From contig NIVC01001450.1 of NCBI GenBank assembly GCA_002269645.1, positions 62,001-126,000 of the forward strand: a DNA stretch of 64,000 nucleotides, in the 5' to 3' direction. The first letter of the stretch is position 1. Each line of letters opens with the position of its first letter. A program made the translations under genes and the position numbers. Shown one piece after another: positions 61,501-64,000 of this stretch. The stretch comes from Macrostomum lignano. Lineage: Eukaryota. Under the pieces are notes generated by a model. It searched no databases. It was not told where the DNA came from and saw only the letters and a program-made list of their open reading frames with translations.

Positions 61501-63356
61501 CAAAATCTGAATTCTCCGGACTTCTTCCGGGCGAGAACTATAGGGCAACTCCACTCAGATTCTGAGGGCTCAATCAAATCGTGCTCTAACAGCTGCTGCA
61601 CATGCCCACTAACAAATTCTCGTTGCTCAGGGCTTTGCTTGCGCAGGGGAATTCTGACTGGAATTTCATCGGTAGTCTCGATCTTGAATTCGCCCATCTG
61701 GGTCTTGCCGATATCCCACTGATCCTTCGACACAATATTCTGATAACGATTTAAGAATTCAATTACTTTTGCCTTCTGAGCTTCACTTAAATCGGTCTCG
61801 TTTAAGCGGAATTGCTTTCTAATTCTTTCTGCTTCTTGCATCGTGACTGCTGCCTTCGATTGCTTCTGCGCACCTACTTCTAAATCAGTTTCTGACATTG
61901 CGAAAAGTTCTACATCTTCCTTCAGCGGTTGATACTGCGCAACTACCTCATCCTTATGAATTGTCTGTGCCTCTTCTGTCAGGTTCATTAATCTAACGTA
62001 AGTTTCGCCGAATTCGTCCAATCTAGTAATAGCTTTTGCTACTAATGGCTCATCTTTCTCGCTAATTTGACTGCGGCCTGAAATGAAGCCGAGTTCTGCA
62101 GTCTCTGGAATATCTTTACATTTAGCCTTGACATAAATTTCGCTCATCGGTGCTATAGATACTTTCTTGACTACTTGCAGTAGGACGCAACGCGTTTCAT
62201 CACTCGTTGTTACAAGCGGAATTCTGCGATCACTAAATTCTAAGGATTTTCCTGCTATATCTAATTTAATTTTATGCCTAGTTAACAAATCGATGCCTAT
62301 AATTGATGATGTTAGTAAGCCTTCAGCCACATAGAATGGGTGCGTAATCTCGCAGTCCCCAAATCTGACGCGCAATGCTACTTGGCCTAATAAATTTGAA
62401 GTCTGGCCATTGGCGGATCGCATATTCACTGAGCATGGCTTCAGACTATGATTGGCTGGATAGAGGCGTTGATATAATTTCTTATCGATTAGGCAATTTG
62501 AGGCGCCGGTATCAACTAATATTTTTTCGCTTAATCCGTTAATCTGGCTATCGAGGAATAATCCTGAATTCACTAATTGGCTAGATATGTCTGCTTCTAC
62601 GGTCTTCTCTTGCTTCTCTGTTGCTTTCTTTTCAGCTGCCACATCTCGCTGGATGGCTGTCTCGAACTTTCTTAATTCCTGCTTCATTTCCCTAAGTTCA
62701 GCTCTAAGTTCTGCTGTCGTTGCACTCTTGTCAGGTTCTTCTTTCGCTGATTCTTCCTGGACTTTTCCTACCAAGCATTGGCGCAAGTCCTTCAATTCGG
62801 TTCTTAGATCTGATAATTCTTTTACTACCTTCGATTCGTCTGCTGAAGCTTTCTTTCCTTCTACTTCACTAAGTCGCAAGTCTATGCTGTTTAATGCGCT
62901 TCTCTGAGCTGCCGAAGCTTCGCTTCGCTTCCCTAATTCTTCTGTCAATGCCTCTGACTGTCTAGCTAAGCTCGCTGACTTCTGTTTATCGATTTCTGCT
63001 AATTTGCGTTCCTCGCTTGAGCAAATTCTAACATTAACTGCTCTCTGTTTCCTACTATGAGTAGTATCGCTAGTGCGGATAAATTTTACTGTCGCCCTCT
63101 GGCGCAGAAAATGCATAATTTCGTAATCAGTTGCTATATTAGTATTAGTCACATGAAAGAAAATATCTCTATTATTGCTATCCCGCAGAAATCCGTAGCC
63201 TCTGTAATAATTGTACCAAACTAAATTGCCATATTCTTCGTTGCCTGATCTAACTCGCTGGTCTTCTACTGCTGCGGCTCTTCTATTGGGAGTGAATCTG
63301 TTTAGTGGCTGGGGGCGGTTGGCCCTCCCTTGGTGCCGCCCCGTCGGTAGTTTAAA
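58576..63356 (-). CDS. pol: Gypsy-3 pol (entered by -1 frameshift; one 1-nt lesion near 60840)
   Basis: The frame is open from the TTTAAAC site through CSD, PR and RT. gcattgat for the expected gcatttgat breaks QKAFDLLKQKL. RH and IN (H-H-C-C, DFAGPF, SDRG, ERMVR) lie in 58576-60852. Confidence 0.9.
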
Positions 63357-64000
63357 GAATTTCGTCTAACTGGGCAGTCTCTAGCCAGGTGAGTTTCTTC
63401 GCCGCACTCATAACAGGCCTTTCTCGCATTTGGCGCGTTCGCCCCCGAAGGTTTGAACCTGTCATTGGCCCCTCCGGCCTCGTGACCAAAGCGTGGCGGG
63501 CGTGTCATGGCGGGCCTGACAAAAGGCGAAGACTGCCGATTATAGGGTCTTGAGTAACTGCTCATGTGATGCTGTGGCCGAAAGCTATTCGGAGGCTGCA
63601 CTGGTGCCTGTGGCCTATAGCTTGGGTTTATTTGTCTATGGGCGAACCTAGGTTGCCATTGCCTGTAGTCGAACTGAGGCTGATAATTCTGGTACGATTG
63701 GTACTGCGAAGGATAGTTGCTCGGGGAAGCAAACTGAGGTCCAAATGACTGGTGGCCTTGCCCCGCGCTGGGTGCTGGCTTTTTCTGCTCTTTTTCTACT
63801 TGAGCTGTCAAAGTATTTGAGCCCTCCTGCTTCCTTCTATTCTTTTGACTGCCTGGATTTGCGAGTTCTTCGAGGATCTCCTCATTCTTAGCTGCAGTCA
63901 ATAAATCTTGAGTCTGATACTTCGATTCATGGGTTCTACGATAGGCAATAACTGCGCGCCTGACTTTATAATTTGCTATGCCGGCTTCAAATCGTTCAGA
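63302..64000 (-). CDS. gag: Gypsy-3 gag, C-terminal part
   Basis: Gln/Pro/Tyr-rich region followed by a CX2CX4HX4C knuckle; stop at 63302-63304. Confidence 0.9.
   Translation of the reverse strand, partial: SERFEAGIANYKVRRAVIAYRRTHESKYQTQDLLTAAKNEEILEELANPGSQKNRRKQEGSNTLTAQVEKEQKKPAPSAGQGHQSFGPQFASPSNYPSQYQSYQNYQPQFDYRQWQPRFAHRQINPSYRPQAPVQPPNSFRPQHHMSSYSRPYNRQSSPFVRPAMTRPPRFGHEAGGANDRFKPSGANAPNARKACYECGEETHLARDCPVRRNSLNYRRGGTKGGPTAPSH

Larger units (their letters stand above)
56262..64000 (-). mobile_element. Gypsy-3: near-intact Ty3/Gypsy element with CSD; 5' end beyond the window
   Basis: gag (CYECGEETHLARDC), -1 frameshift signal, CSD, coiled coil, PR (LVDTGAS), RT (YLDD), RH, IN, PPT, LTR. 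Confidence 0.95.

Overview
Eukaryotic, TE-dense, intron-containing animal DNA. It resembles an invertebrate such as a free-living flatworm, but the species cannot be determined from sequence alone. One host gene is recognisable: EMC10 (+, five coding exons 14484-17362, signal-peptide exon not found). The rest is mostly mobile DNA: four Ty3/Gypsy LTR retrotransposons, all on the minus strand (Gypsy-1 ~1-7643, degenerate Gypsy-4 ~42640-46600, Gypsy-2 ~48700-56260, Gypsy-3 ~56262 to the window end); an animal CACTA/EnSpm-type transposase with a divergent five-exon DUF4806/BEN-like partner gene; a rearranged Polinton/Maverick remnant (split pPolB, adenain protease, triplicated HTH-like gene); several TIR MITEs with identifiable TSDs; and minisatellites. 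Headline: Gypsy-1 and Gypsy-3 each encode a cold-shock domain (RNP1 and RNP2 motifs) between the Gag CCHC zinc knuckle and the protease. The ORF track hides both: one lies upstream of the first Met behind a -1 frameshift signal, the other is split by a 1-nt indel. The two elements also share an RNase H insertion absent from CSD-less Gypsy-2, which suggests a distinct CSD-carrying retrotransposon lineage. All domain calls are by-eye motif recognition; no database search was run.
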